A stretch of 64,000 bases of DNA. Origin: Minisyncoccota bacterium (GTDB taxonomy: Bacteria > Patescibacteriota > Minisyncoccia > JAHIHE01 > JAGLIN01). The first letter of the stretch is position 1. Every line of letters begins with the position of its first letter. Below the pieces are notes generated by a model, which saw only the letters and a list, made by a program, of their open reading frames with translations, made no database searches and was not told where the DNA came from. The position numbers and the translations under genes are program-made. Positions 62,740 to 64,000 of the stretch are shown one piece after another. The stretch spans positions 27,038 to 91,037 of the forward strand of contig JBAZUT010000005.1 in assembly GCA_041661265.1 (NCBI GenBank). The letters run 5' to 3'.

Positions 62740-62934
62740 TTACTTTTCTACAAATTTTATAGCCCCCACCGGACAGCCGTGCATCGCTATCTCACAATCG
62801 CATTTGCTGCATCCGTCTTCATTAATAACCGCCGCTTTTCCCTCAGCCTGAAGCTGGAAAACTTCCGGACAGAGATTCTCGCACGCACCGCACCCAATGC
62901 ACAATTCCTGATCAACTGTTATTTTTTTTGCCAT
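62740..62934 (-). CDS. small [4Fe-4S] ferredoxin
   Basis: CIGCGACENLCP plus a second C...C..C...C set in 64 aa. Confidence 0.75.
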   Translation of the reverse strand: MAKKITVDQELCIGCGACENLCPEVFQLQAEGKAAVINEDGCSKCDCEIAMHGCPVGAIKFVEK

Positions 62935-62963
62935 ATTATATTTTTATTTATTGATTATTTTTC

Positions 62964-63293
62964 CTATTGAGCGATTCCCAGCAAATTATTTATCTTTTCA
63001 ACCAGCATGTCTTTCGGCTTCAGGCCCGTCATTTCATCAACGATCTTGCCTTCCTTGAAGAATTTCAGGGTCGGAATGCTCAATATTTCATAGTCGCTTG
63101 CCGTTTTCGGATTCTCGTCGACATTAAGCTTATAAACCTTTATCCTTCCCTCAAACTCCTTGGCCACCTCTTCGATGATAGGTCCCATCATTTGACAAGG
63201 ACCGCACCATGGCGCCCAAAAATCAACCAGCATTATACCTGCTGACCTTAGCACTTCTTGTTCAAAGTTCTTGTCGGTAATATTTATATCCAT
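62964..63293 (-). CDS. trxA: thioredoxin
   Basis: WAPWCGPC active site. The track start at 63320 adds MVKMRKEKI; MDINITDKNF at 63293 is the likelier start. Confidence 0.85.
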   Translation of the reverse strand: MDINITDKNFEQEVLRSAGIMLVDFWAPWCGPCQMMGPIIEEVAKEFEGRIKVYKLNVDENPKTASDYEILSIPTLKFFKEGKIVDEMTGLKPKDMLVEKINNLLGIAQ

Positions 63294-63487
63294 AATTTTT
63301 TCCTTTCGCATTTTCACCAAACCCTTCCGCTATGAAGATCTATCGCCTTTGAATCTTTGAGCCAATCAAAGCAGATAAACCTTCCGGGGTTTGATCTTTT
63401 AATTTGTTATTGATAAAGTTTATTGTTATAATATGAGAAAGTAAGCCTTGAATTGATATATTTAATAATATAACAAAAACATAATAA

Positions 63488-64000
63488 ATGCAAACAAAAA
63501 TAATCATCATCGGAGCAGGTCCTGCGGGCCTATCCGCTGCAATAGAACTCAAAAACAAAGGAGATTTTGATGTAACGATCCTGGAAAGAAAACCGGGCAT
63601 CGATTACAAAATATGCGCCGGAGGCATAGAATACGACTTCCTGAAACGATATCTTTCTGAAAGCATCATTGAGAAAAATTTCTACACCCTAAGATTCACA
63701 ACTCCCGGTGATTCCATTTGCATAAAGAAAGACTTCGTCATGATCTCAACGGTAAATAGAAGAACCTTGCATGAATACTTGGCCCAAAAAGCCATAAATT
63801 CCGGCGTAAAGATCATTTTCGATCAAAATCTCAAGGATATAAGCAACAACACCGCAATAACTCATTCAGGAAACGCGTATAAGTTCGATTATTTGATCGG
63901 AGCCGATGGCAGCAACTCCGCCGTAAGAAAAAAGCTGAAATTGGATTCAAAAAGAATAATAGCGGCATTCCAATATATCGTAAAATGCGACTATCCGGAC
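63488..64000 (+). CDS. FAD-dependent oxidoreductase (geranylgeranyl-reductase-like), 5' part; runs off the window end
   Basis: IIIIGAGPAGLSAAIEL dinucleotide-binding motif and ...LIGADGSNSAVRKKL block; no stop before position 64000. Confidence 0.65.
   Translation, partial: MQTKIIIIGAGPAGLSAAIELKNKGDFDVTILERKPGIDYKICAGGIEYDFLKRYLSESIIEKNFYTLRFTTPGDSICIKKDFVMISTVNRRTLHEYLAQKAINSGVKIIFDQNLKDISNNTAITHSGNAYKFDYLIGADGSNSAVRKKLKLDSKRIIAAFQYIVKCDYPD

Noticed and set aside
63340-63600. 86-aa minus-strand ORF
   Set aside because: It overlaps the 5' end and promoter of the FAD oxidoreductase gene and has no support.

Overview
This AT-rich bacterial window is densely coded and shows the gene content and style of a small-genome fermentative lineage; Candidate Phyla Radiation / Patescibacteria is an inference from content, not a database hit. 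It contains a complete F1Fo ATP synthase operon (atpB-E-F-H-A-G-D, then a reverse-strand ORF, then atpC) and most of lower glycolysis (gpmI, eno, pgk, gap, fba, tpiA) interleaved with non-glycolytic genes. It also holds an acetate module (ackA + PduL-type phosphotransacylase next to an orphan porG/porD pair), Gdh, and a trxB–ferredoxin–trxA block. There is a cell-envelope and glycan cluster with two methyltransferases, GT2 and GT4 glycosyltransferases, Lgt, a DsbA-like protein, a Mur ligase and a P-type ATPase. The most striking region is 44.6–57.2 kb. It holds a six-gene Ehr-like module (energy-converting-hydrogenase-related / complex-I-like) whose NuoB-like and NuoD-like subunits have lost the Fe-S and NiFe cysteine ligands. 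Divergently adjacent is an intact four-subunit group 3b [NiFe] hydrogenase followed by a truncated, cysteine-less HypA. Other accessory features are listed below. An IS200/RAYT-type HUH transposase has 29-nt REP-like palindromes immediately upstream and in-frame inside its own ORF. A DUF559 endonuclease gene is bracketed by GC-rich inverted hairpins. A Bro-N/DinD-like gene plus an Mrr-like restriction endonuclease are bounded by a ~93-bp direct repeat carrying a duplicated 5' fragment of the neighbouring GT4 gene. Two adjacent pilin-like paralogues sit between eno and pgk. An AT-rich palindromic repeat family recurs in intergenic regions. No rRNA, tRNA or CRISPR array was recognised.
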